This document shows, piece after piece, positions 47,906 through 55,901 of a stretch of 60,280 nucleotides of DNA. The notes under the pieces were generated by a model. It was not told the origin of the DNA. It made no database searches and worked only from the letters and a program-made list of their open reading frames with translations. The position numbers were made by a program, and so were the translations under genes. Each line of letters opens with the position of its first letter. The stretch's first letter is position 1. The DNA lies in contig JBKOZO010000083.1 in assembly GCA_046725935.1 (NCBI GenBank), positions 1-60,280 on the forward strand, given 5' to 3'. The DNA comes from Acidobacteriota bacterium. Lineage in GTDB: Bacteria > Acidobacteriota > Thermoanaerobaculia > UBA5066 > Gp7-AA6.

Positions 47906-50094
47906 GCTCCTCCCGCCCCGGCCGTCTGCTCGCCGCCACTCGCCTCGGGGAAGGCGCCGCGGCCCTCGCGGCCCGGCACGGGGTCGCGAGCGACAAGCCG
48001 GCGATCCGCTCCGACGCCGTGATCCGGCGCGTGGTGCAGCTGGGCGAGGTCAACTGGGTCGTCAAGAATCCCGAGACGACGAAGTACTACAACTTCGACG
48101 ACGGGGAGTGGGGGCTCTGCCAGCTCTTCGACGGGACGCGCACGCTGGCGCAGATCCAGGCCGACTACCAGGCGATGTTTCCCCGCGAGAAAGTCGAGAT
48201 GTCCCTCGTGCGCGAGTACGAGGAGATGCTGCGTGAGATGGGCCTGATCGAGCAGTCGGCGGCGGAGCGGAACCTCAAGCTGCTGGCCAACGCGCGGACC
48301 GCCCGCCAGCGCGCCGCCGAGGAGAAGGCCGAAGGCTTCAACCCGTTCTTCCTGCTCTTCAACGTGCTCGACCCCAACCGATTCCTCGACCGGACGGTGA
48401 AGTACGTCCGCTGGATCTGGACGCCGCCCGTCGTCGCGGCGTCGCTGGTCTTCGCCGCCTGGGCGTTCGGCGTGATCCTCGTCCACTGGGACACGGTCTG
48501 GGGCGGCACGATGGAGCTCTACGCGCTGACGTCGAAGCCGCTCATCGACGTCCTGCAGTTCTTCTTCATCCTGACCTTCATCGGCTGCATCCACGAGTTC
48601 GCGCACGCCTACGTCGTCAAAATCTACGGCGGCGACGTGCACGACATCGGGATCGCGCTCCTCTACTTCACGCCCGCCTTCTACTGCGACACCACGGACT
48701 CCGTCCTCTTCCCGAACAAGTGGCACCGGCTCTGGGTCACGACGGCCGGGATCTACGTCGAAGCGTTCATGTGCTCGGTGGCGACGCTCGTCTGGGTCGT
48801 CTCCTACCCCGATACGCTCGTCCACGAGATCGCCTTCAAGACGATGCTCTTCACGGGTGTCTCGACGGTCTTCTTCAACATCAATCCCTTGATCAAGATC
48901 GACGGCTACTACGCGCTCTCCAGCGTGCTCGAGATCCCGGACCTGCGCGAGGAGTCGTTCCGCTACATCGGGGCGTGCTTCCAGAAGTACGTCCTGCGGC
49001 TTCCCGTCGAGGTGCCGCAGGTCTCACGCCGCAAGCGGCGGATCTACTGGATCTTCGGGTCTCTGGCTCTGGCCTGGGTCGCCGTCGTCATGCGCTTCAT
49101 CGGCGGCCTCTTCTACAACCTCTACAACCACTTCTTCCCCAACTGGGCGGTCGTGCTCCTCCTGATCACGCTGTACCGGCTGTTTCGCAAGCGCGTCCGA
49201 CTCGTCACGCGCACGACCCATCTCTTCTATCTCGACAAGAAGGAGCTGCTCATGTCTTCCCGCGTTCGCGCGGCGCTCCTCGGCGCCCTCGCCGTGGTCG
49301 TCCTGCTCGTCTTCGTCCCGTGGAGCCGGCGCACCCTTCGCTCCCCCGCCGTTCTCCGACCCATGGCCACGATTCGCCTGGAGGCGCCGGAGGACGCGGT
49401 CGTCACCCGCACGCTCGCCCAGGAGGGAGACCGCGTGAAGGCCGGAGATCCGGTCTTCCAGCTCCTCAGCGCGGCGGCATCCGAAGACACCAAGCGGCTC
49501 ACCTCCGAGCGCGAGCGCGCGGCGCGGGAAGCCAGCCTCGCCCGGCAGGCCGCCGAGCCCGCGCGCGTCTTCGCCTCCGAGGCCCGCGGCACCTCCCTCG
49601 AAGCGGCCTTGAAGAGCGGACGCGCGCGCGAGGAGCGCTTGCTGGTGAAGAGCCCGTCCTCGGGCCGTCTCCTGACCCCGTACGTGCGCGACCTCGAGGG
49701 ACGCTCGGTCCCGGCGGGAACCCTGCTGGCCGAAGTCGGCGACGACCGGCAGATGGTCGCCGACCTGACCGTCTCGGAGCGGTTGCTCGACGATCTCGTG
49801 CCGAACGCGCCGGTCACCGCTCTCTTTCGCGGGCATCCGCGGCCGGTCCATGGCACGATCGTGGCCGTCTCACCGGCCGCCCTCGCGCAGCCCAAGACTG
49901 CGGCGGCGAATGCGGATCCGTCGGCGCCCACCGAGCAGCCCGAGCGCTTCGTGGCCGTGGCCGTCTTCGACAACGCCGACGGGAGCCTCTTCGCCGGCAT
50001 GAACGGCTACGCCAAGATCTACGGGAGGCACGCGTCCTACGCGGCGCGCGTGTGGCGGGTCCTCAAGCGGTGGGTGCAGTCGGTAGCCTGGTAG
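47902..50094 (+). CDS. PqqD/RRE-like domain + M50 (site-2) intramembrane zinc protease + HlyD-type domain fusion
   Basis: N-terminal VVKNPETTKYYNF...QLFDGTRTL (RRE-like); IHEFAH, AG, FNINPLIKIDGYY (M50 motifs); C-terminal lipoyl halves (QEGDRVKAGD / VKSPSSG); GTGA overlap with upstream gene. Confidence 0.85.
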   Translation: MSSSRPGRLLAATRLGEGAAALAARHGVASDKPAIRSDAVIRRVVQLGEVNWVVKNPETTKYYNFDDGEWGLCQLFDGTRTLAQIQADYQAMFPREKVEMSLVREYEEMLREMGLIEQSAAERNLKLLANARTARQRAAEEKAEGFNPFFLLFNVLDPNRFLDRTVKYVRWIWTPPVVAASLVFAAWAFGVILVHWDTVWGGTMELYALTSKPLIDVLQFFFILTFIGCIHEFAHAYVVKIYGGDVHDIGIALLYFTPAFYCDTTDSVLFPNKWHRLWVTTAGIYVEAFMCSVATLVWVVSYPDTLVHEIAFKTMLFTGVSTVFFNINPLIKIDGYYALSSVLEIPDLREESFRYIGACFQKYVLRLPVEVPQVSRRKRRIYWIFGSLALAWVAVVMRFIGGLFYNLYNHFFPNWAVVLLLITLYRLFRKRVRLVTRTTHLFYLDKKELLMSSRVRAALLGALAVVVLLVFVPWSRRTLRSPAVLRPMATIRLEAPEDAVVTRTLAQEGDRVKAGDPVFQLLSAAASEDTKRLTSERERAAREASLARQAAEPARVFASEARGTSLEAALKSGRAREERLLVKSPSSGRLLTPYVRDLEGRSVPAGTLLAEVGDDRQMVADLTVSERLLDDLVPNAPVTALFRGHPRPVHGTIVAVSPAALAQPKTAAANADPSAPTEQPERFVAVAVFDNADGSLFAGMNGYAKIYGRHASYAARVWRVLKRWVQSVAW

Positions 50095-50100
50095 CTCCCG

Positions 50101-50134
50101 AAAAATGAAACGCCCCGCCGAAGCGGGGCGTTTC
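50101..50134. terminator. Terminator hairpin between convergent exporter and repeat-peptide genes
   Basis: GAAACGCCCCGC-CGAA-GCGGGGCGTTTC perfect 12-bp stem; A5 at 50101-50105 is a T-tract for the minus strand. Confidence 0.85.
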
Positions 50135-50155
50135 GTGGTTCCCGGTTGACTGGAC

Positions 50156-50572
50156 TCAGAGGCCGGTCGACTTGCCCGACGCGCGTCCGGCGATCGACTT
50201 GCCAGCGGCGCGACCCGCGATCGACTTGCCAGCGGCCCGACCCGCGATCGACTTGCCCGACGCGCGTCCCGCGATCGACTTGCCCGCCGCCCGACCCGCG
50301 ACCGACTTGCCCGCTGCGCGTCCCGCGATCGACTTGCCCGCCGCCCGACCCGCGACCGACTTGCCCGCCGCGCGTCCCGCGATCGACTTGCCCGCCGCCC
50401 GACCCGCGACCGACTTGCCCGCCGCGCGCGCCGAAACCGCCTTGGTGGTCGGCGAAAGCGCCGGGTTGCCGGCGAAGGTCTCGACACGAATCTCGGGCAT
50501 GTCCTTGCCCGTGGCCTCGCGGATCTTTTCCTTCTGGGCGTCCGTCAGCTTGATCTTGACTTCGTTTGCCAT
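50156..50572 (-). CDS. Leader + ten-fold 9-aa repeat basic protein (candidate exported/RiPP-like precursor)
   Basis: GAGGAGGG RBS, ATG, own sigma-54 promoter and terminator; 48-aa leader MANEVKIKLTDAQKEKIREATGK... then 10 x RA[AS]GKS[VIT]AG-type units; repeat variation is mostly synonymous in this frame. Confidence 0.85.
   Translation of the reverse strand: MANEVKIKLTDAQKEKIREATGKDMPEIRVETFAGNPALSPTTKAVSARAAGKSVAGRAAGKSIAGRAAGKSVAGRAAGKSIAGRAAGKSVAGRAAGKSIAGRASGKSIAGRAAGKSIAGRAAGKSIAGRASGKSTGL
50159..50428. repeat. Ten tandem 27-bp coding repeats
   Basis: Unit ~CGATCGACTTGCCCGCCGC[GC]CG[AT]CCCG, with a 54-bp higher-order alternation (V/I) in the first six units. Confidence 0.95.
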
Positions 50573-50604
50573 TGTTTCTTCCCTCCTCTGTCCCTCTTAG
50601 TCAA

Positions 50605-50621
50605 GGCAAGCCTCAGGCCAG
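50605..50621 (-). promoter_or_regulatory. Sigma-54 (-24/-12) promoter of the repeat-peptide gene
   Basis: Minus strand CTGGCCTGAGGCTTGCC, exact GG-N10-GC spacing, ~32 bp upstream of the ATG. Confidence 0.75.
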
Positions 50622-50705
50622 GTTTTCGAATCTCTCCGGCGAACGACAAGCGCCTCTGTCTTCAGTAATTTACGGAATCGCGTCTCGCTCGAGGCTCAAG
50701 ATTAG

Positions 50706-50743
50706 GGTGAAACTTTTCGCACCGTTGGTTGAGTTTTTCATCC
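50706..50743. promoter_or_regulatory. Tandem imperfect palindromes, candidate enhancer (UAS) for the adjacent sigma-54 activator
   Basis: GGTGAAACTTTTCGCACC and GGTTGAGTTTTTCATCC, ~85-120 bp upstream of the -24 element. Confidence 0.5.
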
Positions 50744-50748
50744 ACGGA

Positions 50749-52128
50749 TCAGAGGCCGTACTTCCGGCAGAGGTACTTGATCTGATTGGCGTCGAGGCCG
50801 AGCTTTCGCGCCGCCTCTGCCTTCTTGCCGCCCGCAACGGCGATCGCCTCGGACAGTAGCCGCCGCTCGTAGTCCTCGACGGCCTGGGCGAAGCCCTTCG
50901 CCGGGTGGACGGCCTTCGCCGGCCCCGAGCGGTCGCGCAACGCCCTCGGCAGGTCCTCCTCGCCCACTTCCTCCCCCTCGGCGAAGACGACCAGCGTCTC
51001 GATCGCGTGCTGGAGCTCGCGTACGTTGCCCCGCCACGGGTGCGCGGTCAGGCGCGCCAGCGCCGCTTCCGAGATCCGCGACGGGCCGCGGCCGTGCCGC
51101 GCGCGAAGCTCCGCGAGGAAGTGCCGGGCCAGCAGCGCGACGTCGTCGCCGCGCTCACGGAGAGGAGGCATGCGGATCGGGATCGTGTTGATCCGATAGA
51201 ACAGATCCTCGCGGAAACTTCCATCCGCGACGCGGGCCTCCAGGTCTTCGTTGGTGGCCGAGATGAGGCGAAAGTCCACCGGGATCGCCCGGCGCCCGCC
51301 CACTCTCTCGACCTGCCGGCTCTCGATCGCGCGCAGCAGCTTGGCCTGCGCCGCGGCCGAGAGCGTTCCGATCTCGTCCAGAAAGAGAGTCCCGCCGTGA
51401 GCCAGCTCGAAGCGCCCCGGCCGGGACGCGATGGCTCCCGTGAAGGCGCCCTTCTCGTGGCCGAAGAGCTCCGCCTCGACGAGAGTCTCGGGCATCGCCG
51501 CGACGTTGACGGCGACGAAAGGCCGCTCGCGCCGCGCGCTCCGCTCGTGGATGGTCCGGGCCACGAGGTCCTTTCCCGAGCCGCTCTCGCCCTGGAGCAA
51601 CACGGTCGCGTCGCTCGCGGCGACCCGGTCGATCTCGGACGTGAGCCGCCGGAACGCCGGGCTCTCGCCGATCAGGCGCTCGGAGGCCGCCGGCTCGGTG
51701 ACCGCCCGGCGCAGCTCGCGATTTTCCGCCACGAGCCGCCGGCGCTCGAGCGCGCGATTGAGGATCACGAGCAGCTCCGCCGTGTCGATCGGCTTCTGGA
51801 AGAAGTCGAAGGCGCCGAGGGCGATCGCCTTCAGCGCGTCCGACCTCTCCCCTTCCCCCGACATCATCACGACCGTGGCCTCGGGGTCCCGGCGGCGCGC
51901 GTGCCGAAGAAGGTCGAGCCCTTCCTGGACCTGGCCCGACGGCGGCAGTCGCATGTCGAAGAGGAAGAGATCCGGCTCCGACTCGCAGAGCGCCTTCCCG
52001 TGCGTGGCGTCGCGCGCCGAGGACACCGAGAACTTGCCCTTCAGGGCCCAGGTCAGCTGCTCGAGAAGGACCTCGTCGTCCTCGACGATGACGATGCGGC
52101 CGAGACTGCCTGCGGCCTGTGCGTCCAC
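50749..52128 (-). CDS. Sigma-54-dependent response regulator, PrsR (PEP-CTERM-box)-like
   Basis: Receiver IVEDD..LEQLTWAL..DMRLPP..EG..ALKAIALGAFDFFQKPID resembles PrsR; AAA+ GESGSGK, ELFGHEKGAFTGA, WRGNVREL; Fis-type HTH. Confidence 0.92.
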   Translation of the reverse strand: MDAQAAGSLGRIVIVEDDEVLLEQLTWALKGKFSVSSARDATHGKALCESEPDLFLFDMRLPPSGQVQEGLDLLRHARRRDPEATVVMMSGEGERSDALKAIALGAFDFFQKPIDTAELLVILNRALERRRLVAENRELRRAVTEPAASERLIGESPAFRRLTSEIDRVAASDATVLLQGESGSGKDLVARTIHERSARRERPFVAVNVAAMPETLVEAELFGHEKGAFTGAIASRPGRFELAHGGTLFLDEIGTLSAAAQAKLLRAIESRQVERVGGRRAIPVDFRLISATNEDLEARVADGSFREDLFYRINTIPIRMPPLRERGDDVALLARHFLAELRARHGRGPSRISEAALARLTAHPWRGNVRELQHAIETLVVFAEGEEVGEEDLPRALRDRSGPAKAVHPAKGFAQAVEDYERRLLSEAIAVAGGKKAEAARKLGLDANQIKYLCRKYGL

Positions 52129-52133
52129 GCGCC

Positions 52134-52853
52134 TCAGGCTCCGCCCGGCGCGGCGGGAATCCCCGGAAACGACAGCCGCACGAGCGTTCCGCCGCCGGGT
52201 TGGCTCAAGATCCGGATCGTTCCGCGGTGAAGCCGGGCGATCTGGTTCGCGGTCGTGAGGCCCAGTCCGACGCCCTGGGGCTTGGTCGTCTCGAAAGGCT
52301 GGAAGAGCCGGTCGCGCAGGAACTCGGGCGTCATGCCGGCCCCATTGTCGATGATTTCGATGACGGCGCGGGGCCGGCGGGAGCTGCCCGCCGAGAAGCT
52401 CCGCACGAGCACGCGGCCTTCCGGCGCGGCGGCTTCGCACGCGTTGTCGACCAGGCTCGCGACCGCGTCGGCGAGGTAGTACGGGTCCGCCCAGATTCGG
52501 GGCGCATCCCCGAGCGCCAGCGACACGCTCGGCCCGGCATCCGCGCCCCTTCGCCCCGAACGGCGGCCGGGGCGCTCGGCGACCTCCCGGAGCAGGTCGT
52601 TGACGTCGAGAGCCACCTTGATGAGAACCGCGTCCTCGCGCTCGACGAAACGTCCGGCGATTCCTTCGAGTCGCTCGACGCAGGAGGCCAGGAGGTCGCG
52701 GACGGTCTTCCGAAAGTCGGGGTCCTCCCAGTGCTCGTCGAGGTTGGACAGCAGCAGCCGGAGCCGGAACGACATGTTCTTGATGTCGTGCACCAGCACA
52801 CGGTCGCGGGCCGAGCGAAGGCGCGCGGAGGTGCGGGAAGGGGTCGGCGGCAT
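52134..52853 (-). CDS. Soluble sensor-less histidine kinase, PrsK-like catalytic core
   Basis: VHDIKN...LLLSN...DPDF (PrsK-like H-box), LVDNACEA, IDNGAGM, LFQPFETTK, GVGLGL; no TM or GAF input domain. Confidence 0.85.
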   Translation of the reverse strand: MPPTPSRTSARLRSARDRVLVHDIKNMSFRLRLLLSNLDEHWEDPDFRKTVRDLLASCVERLEGIAGRFVEREDAVLIKVALDVNDLLREVAERPGRRSGRRGADAGPSVSLALGDAPRIWADPYYLADAVASLVDNACEAAAPEGRVLVRSFSAGSSRRPRAVIEIIDNGAGMTPEFLRDRLFQPFETTKPQGVGLGLTTANQIARLHRGTIRILSQPGGGTLVRLSFPGIPAAPGGA

Positions 52854-52871
52854 ACCTGCCGTGGATTCTCT

Positions 52872-53621
52872 CTACTTCGAAGGGGATTTGGGAAACCGCA
52901 CCTGGACGGCGATGCCGGGCCGCAGCACGGTGCGCGCGGGCTCCCGCTTGACCCGGACCACGACCTGGAAGGTTCCGCTGGCCGCGTCCACCGTCGGGCT
53001 GATGAACTGAACGTCTCCGGTGGTCTTCACGTCGGGGAAGCGCTCGGCGACGATGTCCACGCGGTCGCCGACTTTGACGCGAAGCAGCTCTTCCTCGGGA
53101 AGGTAGATCCGCGCGAGCAGGGGCTCGACCGCCGTGATCTTGAAGAGGGGCTCGGGCTTGTCTTCGGTGACCTTTTGGCCGATCCGGGCGTACTTCTCCG
53201 TCACGACGCCGGCGAAGGGCGCCCGGATCACGGTGTAGTCCCGCAGCGTCTTGGCCTTCTCGAAACGGGCCGTGGCCACGGCGTACTGCGCCTTTTTCTC
53301 GTCGAGGTCGGCCGCGCTCGTGATCTTGGACGCGGCCAGCGACTCCGCGCGGGCGTATTCGGCCTTCTTCAGCTCCATGTCCTCTTTGGCCTCGCGCACG
53401 TCGGCGTCGGCCTCGCGGGGATCGAGCGCCGCGAGCTCCTGTCCCTGGGTCACCACCGCGCCGCGGTCCACGGCGATCGACGCGATGACGCCCGAGATCC
53501 TCGACGCGACCGCGACGTCCTGGTCGACCATCAGGTGGGACGCGTAGACGCGGTCCTGCGCGGCGGCCGGGCCGGAGCCGGGGCCGAGCAGCAGAAGGCC
53601 CGAAAACAGGACTCTTTTCAC
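52872..53621 (-). CDS. Periplasmic adaptor (membrane fusion protein), RND/HlyD type
   Basis: Signal-like N-terminus; SRISGVI..VDRGAVV..GQ, IRAPFAGVV, FISPTVDAASGTFQV, LRPG. GTG start inferred. Confidence 0.9.
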   Translation of the reverse strand: MKRVLFSGLLLLGPGSGPAAAQDRVYASHLMVDQDVAVASRISGVIASIAVDRGAVVTQGQELAALDPREADADVREAKEDMELKKAEYARAESLAASKITSAADLDEKKAQYAVATARFEKAKTLRDYTVIRAPFAGVVTEKYARIGQKVTEDKPEPLFKITAVEPLLARIYLPEEELLRVKVGDRVDIVAERFPDVKTTGDVQFISPTVDAASGTFQVVVRVKREPARTVLRPGIAVQVRFPKSPSK

Positions 53622-53664
53622 GGTGTCGGACGAACGCCGGAATGCTATCGTTTCCTTAGGTTCC

Positions 53665-54009
53665 ATGTCGATCTCGCTGGCCAGCGAAGCGCCCTCCGTC
53701 GAGCAGAAGGGCCTGCGCGCCAATTTCAGCTGGGCCATGTCCGAGCCCTGGGACGAGCGGCGCCTCGCCGCGTTCCTGATGACCAAGCACCGGCGCAGCG
53801 ACTCCGACTGGACGCGGCGGCCCTCGCCGTTCTTCGCCTCGCTCGGCCAGTCCACGGTGGAATGCTCCGTGCCGGTCGCGCGCCCGGACGCCCTCGCGGA
53901 GCTCGCCGCGATCCTGACCGCCGAGCTTTCCGGAATCCTGACGGGCGCGAGCCAGATCTATGACCAGATGCTCGCCGGGCAGGACTGGAAGACGGTCTCC
54001 CCTCCCTGA
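53665..54009 (+). CDS. Hypothetical protein
   Basis: ORF with host-like codon usage, divergent from the adaptor gene; no recognised motif. Confidence 0.5.
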   Translation: MSISLASEAPSVEQKGLRANFSWAMSEPWDERRLAAFLMTKHRRSDSDWTRRPSPFFASLGQSTVECSVPVARPDALAELAAILTAELSGILTGASQIYDQMLAGQDWKTVSPP

Positions 54010-54126
54010 CGGGGCCTCCAGACGCCTCATTTCTCTAGGCTCAAAACCCGCTTGGGGCGGTATACGCTTTGCGCCGCCCTACCGGCGACCCCCGTCCGGA
54101 GGGCGACCACGGGCTAGGAGGTGGCC

Positions 54127-55251
54127 ATGATCTCGGTTCCCTCGCTTCGCCTGAACCAGTTCGGGGTTCGCTTTTACGAAGCCCTGTTGTCGGGCGCCGA
54201 CCTCCAGTCCCTCGTCGGATTCGAGGTCCTCTCCTTCGGCCCCCACAGCGAGACCACCCGCGGCAAGCACAAGCCGGCGGGACGGGTGAACTGGGACCTC
54301 CTGGAAAAGAAGATCGCGGCATCCGAGCACGCCTTTCAGCGGCCGATCATTAAGAAGAAGATCGACGAGCTGGTGGCCTACTACCTGCAGCAGGCCGACG
54401 CCGGTTCGCTGCCCGCGATCCCCGGCAGCGTGCTCCTGGTCTCGGAAAAGAGGCTGGAGTTCGCCCCCTCCGGGGGGCGCGCCGACGCGGGCTCGTTGAA
54501 GCTCCCCGAGGAGTCCGGCATCCTCCGCGCCCTCGACGGCCAGCACCGGCTCCTGGCCTTGCACCAAATCGCCGAGAAGCACAATCTTCGCGACTTCCAG
54601 GTCCCGGCCGTGGTGTTCGACAACCTGACACCGGACCAGGTCGTCGAGCTCTTCGTCACGATCAACAGCAAGCACACGAAGCTGAACCCCTCGCACCTGA
54701 TCTCGCTGGCGGGCCGCCGCCTCTACCGCGACGATAACCTCGCCGCGGCCCACGACGTCATCCGCACGCTCAACGAAGACGAGAGCTCTCCGCTGAAGGG
54801 CTCGATCAAGGTGCTCGGCATCGGCAAGGGTTCGGTCACGCAGGCGTCGCTCGCCGACGAGCTGCGCGACGTCTTCGCGGCCATCGACACGGCCGGGGGC
54901 CGTGTCGCCAAGGAATTCCGCGAAAATGCGCGCCGCTTCTTCCTCAACTACTTCAAGGCGGCGGCGCGGGCCTTCCCGACGGCGTTCGCCGGCCGCAAGT
55001 ACTCGATCAAGAGCTCGACCTCGCTGCGGGCGTTCATCCGCATCGTGCCGTACGTCATCGCGATGGTCCGCAAGCGGGGCGGCGACGTCTGGTCGGCGGG
55101 AGAGCTCGACGCCGCGCTGCGGCCCTGGGCGGAGGCGATCGGCGACCGCCGCTTCGAGACCGAGACGGTCTGGAAGGAAAAGCTCACGGGCGGGACCCGT
55201 TCCGCCGTCGAGATTCTGGCGCGGGAGCTGCGCCAGGGCCTCAACGCCTGA
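54127..55251 (+). CDS. DGQHR-domain protein (DndB/ParB-like)
   Basis: AGGAGG RBS; FQRP, LDGQHRL and LFVTINSK motifs. Confidence 0.9.
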   Translation: MISVPSLRLNQFGVRFYEALLSGADLQSLVGFEVLSFGPHSETTRGKHKPAGRVNWDLLEKKIAASEHAFQRPIIKKKIDELVAYYLQQADAGSLPAIPGSVLLVSEKRLEFAPSGGRADAGSLKLPEESGILRALDGQHRLLALHQIAEKHNLRDFQVPAVVFDNLTPDQVVELFVTINSKHTKLNPSHLISLAGRRLYRDDNLAAAHDVIRTLNEDESSPLKGSIKVLGIGKGSVTQASLADELRDVFAAIDTAGGRVAKEFRENARRFFLNYFKAAARAFPTAFAGRKYSIKSSTSLRAFIRIVPYVIAMVRKRGGDVWSAGELDAALRPWAEAIGDRRFETETVWKEKLTGGTRSAVEILARELRQGLNA

Positions 55252-55310
55252 GCATCGCGTTAAACTCGGCCCCGGAATTTTCGTAATTCCAGCGGAGGAA
55301 TCCGGAAAAG

Positions 55311-55901
55311 ATGGGAGCTCTCGGTGGCTGCCTGCTGATCCTCGTGATCGGCGCGATCTTCTGCGCGATCTGGGCGATCTGGCGCTACAACGGCCTGATC
55401 GGCCTCCGCAACCAGGTCGCCAACGCGTGGAAGCAGATCGACGTGCAGCTGAAGCGCCGGCACGACCTCATCCCCAACCTCGTGTCGGCGGTCAAGGGCG
55501 AGATGCAGTTCGAGCAGGACACGCTCGAGAAGGTCATCCAGGCGCGCAACTCGGCCGTGGCCGCGCGCGGAGTGGCCGACGCGGCGGAGAAGGAGAACGC
55601 CCTGACCCAGACGCTCTCCCGCCTCTTCGCCCTGGCCGAGAACTACCCGCAGCTGAAGGCCAACGAGAGCGTCCGGGCGCTGATGGAAGAGCTGTCCTCG
55701 ACCGAGAATCGGATCGGGTTCGCGCGGCAGTTCTACAACGACATCGCAACGCGCTTCAACACGGCGCAGCAGATGTTCCCCGACAAATTCATCGCGCAGA
55801 CCTTCAAGTTCCAGACCGTCGAGCTCTTCGAGATCAAGGACGCGGCTGAGAGGGCGGTGCCGAAGGTGGATTTGAGCATCCGGCCGCAGCCGGGGGCGTG
55901 A
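55311..55901 (+). CDS. lemA: LemA family protein
   Basis: N-terminal TM, YNGL, IDVQLKRRHDLIPNLV, ENYPQLKAN, ENRIGFARQFYN. Confidence 0.96.
   Translation: MGALGGCLLILVIGAIFCAIWAIWRYNGLIGLRNQVANAWKQIDVQLKRRHDLIPNLVSAVKGEMQFEQDTLEKVIQARNSAVAARGVADAAEKENALTQTLSRLFALAENYPQLKANESVRALMEELSSTENRIGFARQFYNDIATRFNTAQQMFPDKFIAQTFKFQTVELFEIKDAAERAVPKVDLSIRPQPGA

Noticed and set aside
50159-50428. CRISPR array
   Set aside because: The 27-bp units are contiguous with no unique spacers, keep reading frame, and no cas genes are present.
50146-50600. Plus-strand repeat ORFs (PAARPAIDL / TCPP frames)
   Set aside because: Shadows of the repeat. The minus frame has the RBS, ATG, promoter, terminator and synonymous variation.
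54127-55251. Phosphorothioation (dnd) defence system
   Set aside because: Only the DGQHR gene is present; no dndACDE or restriction genes in the window.
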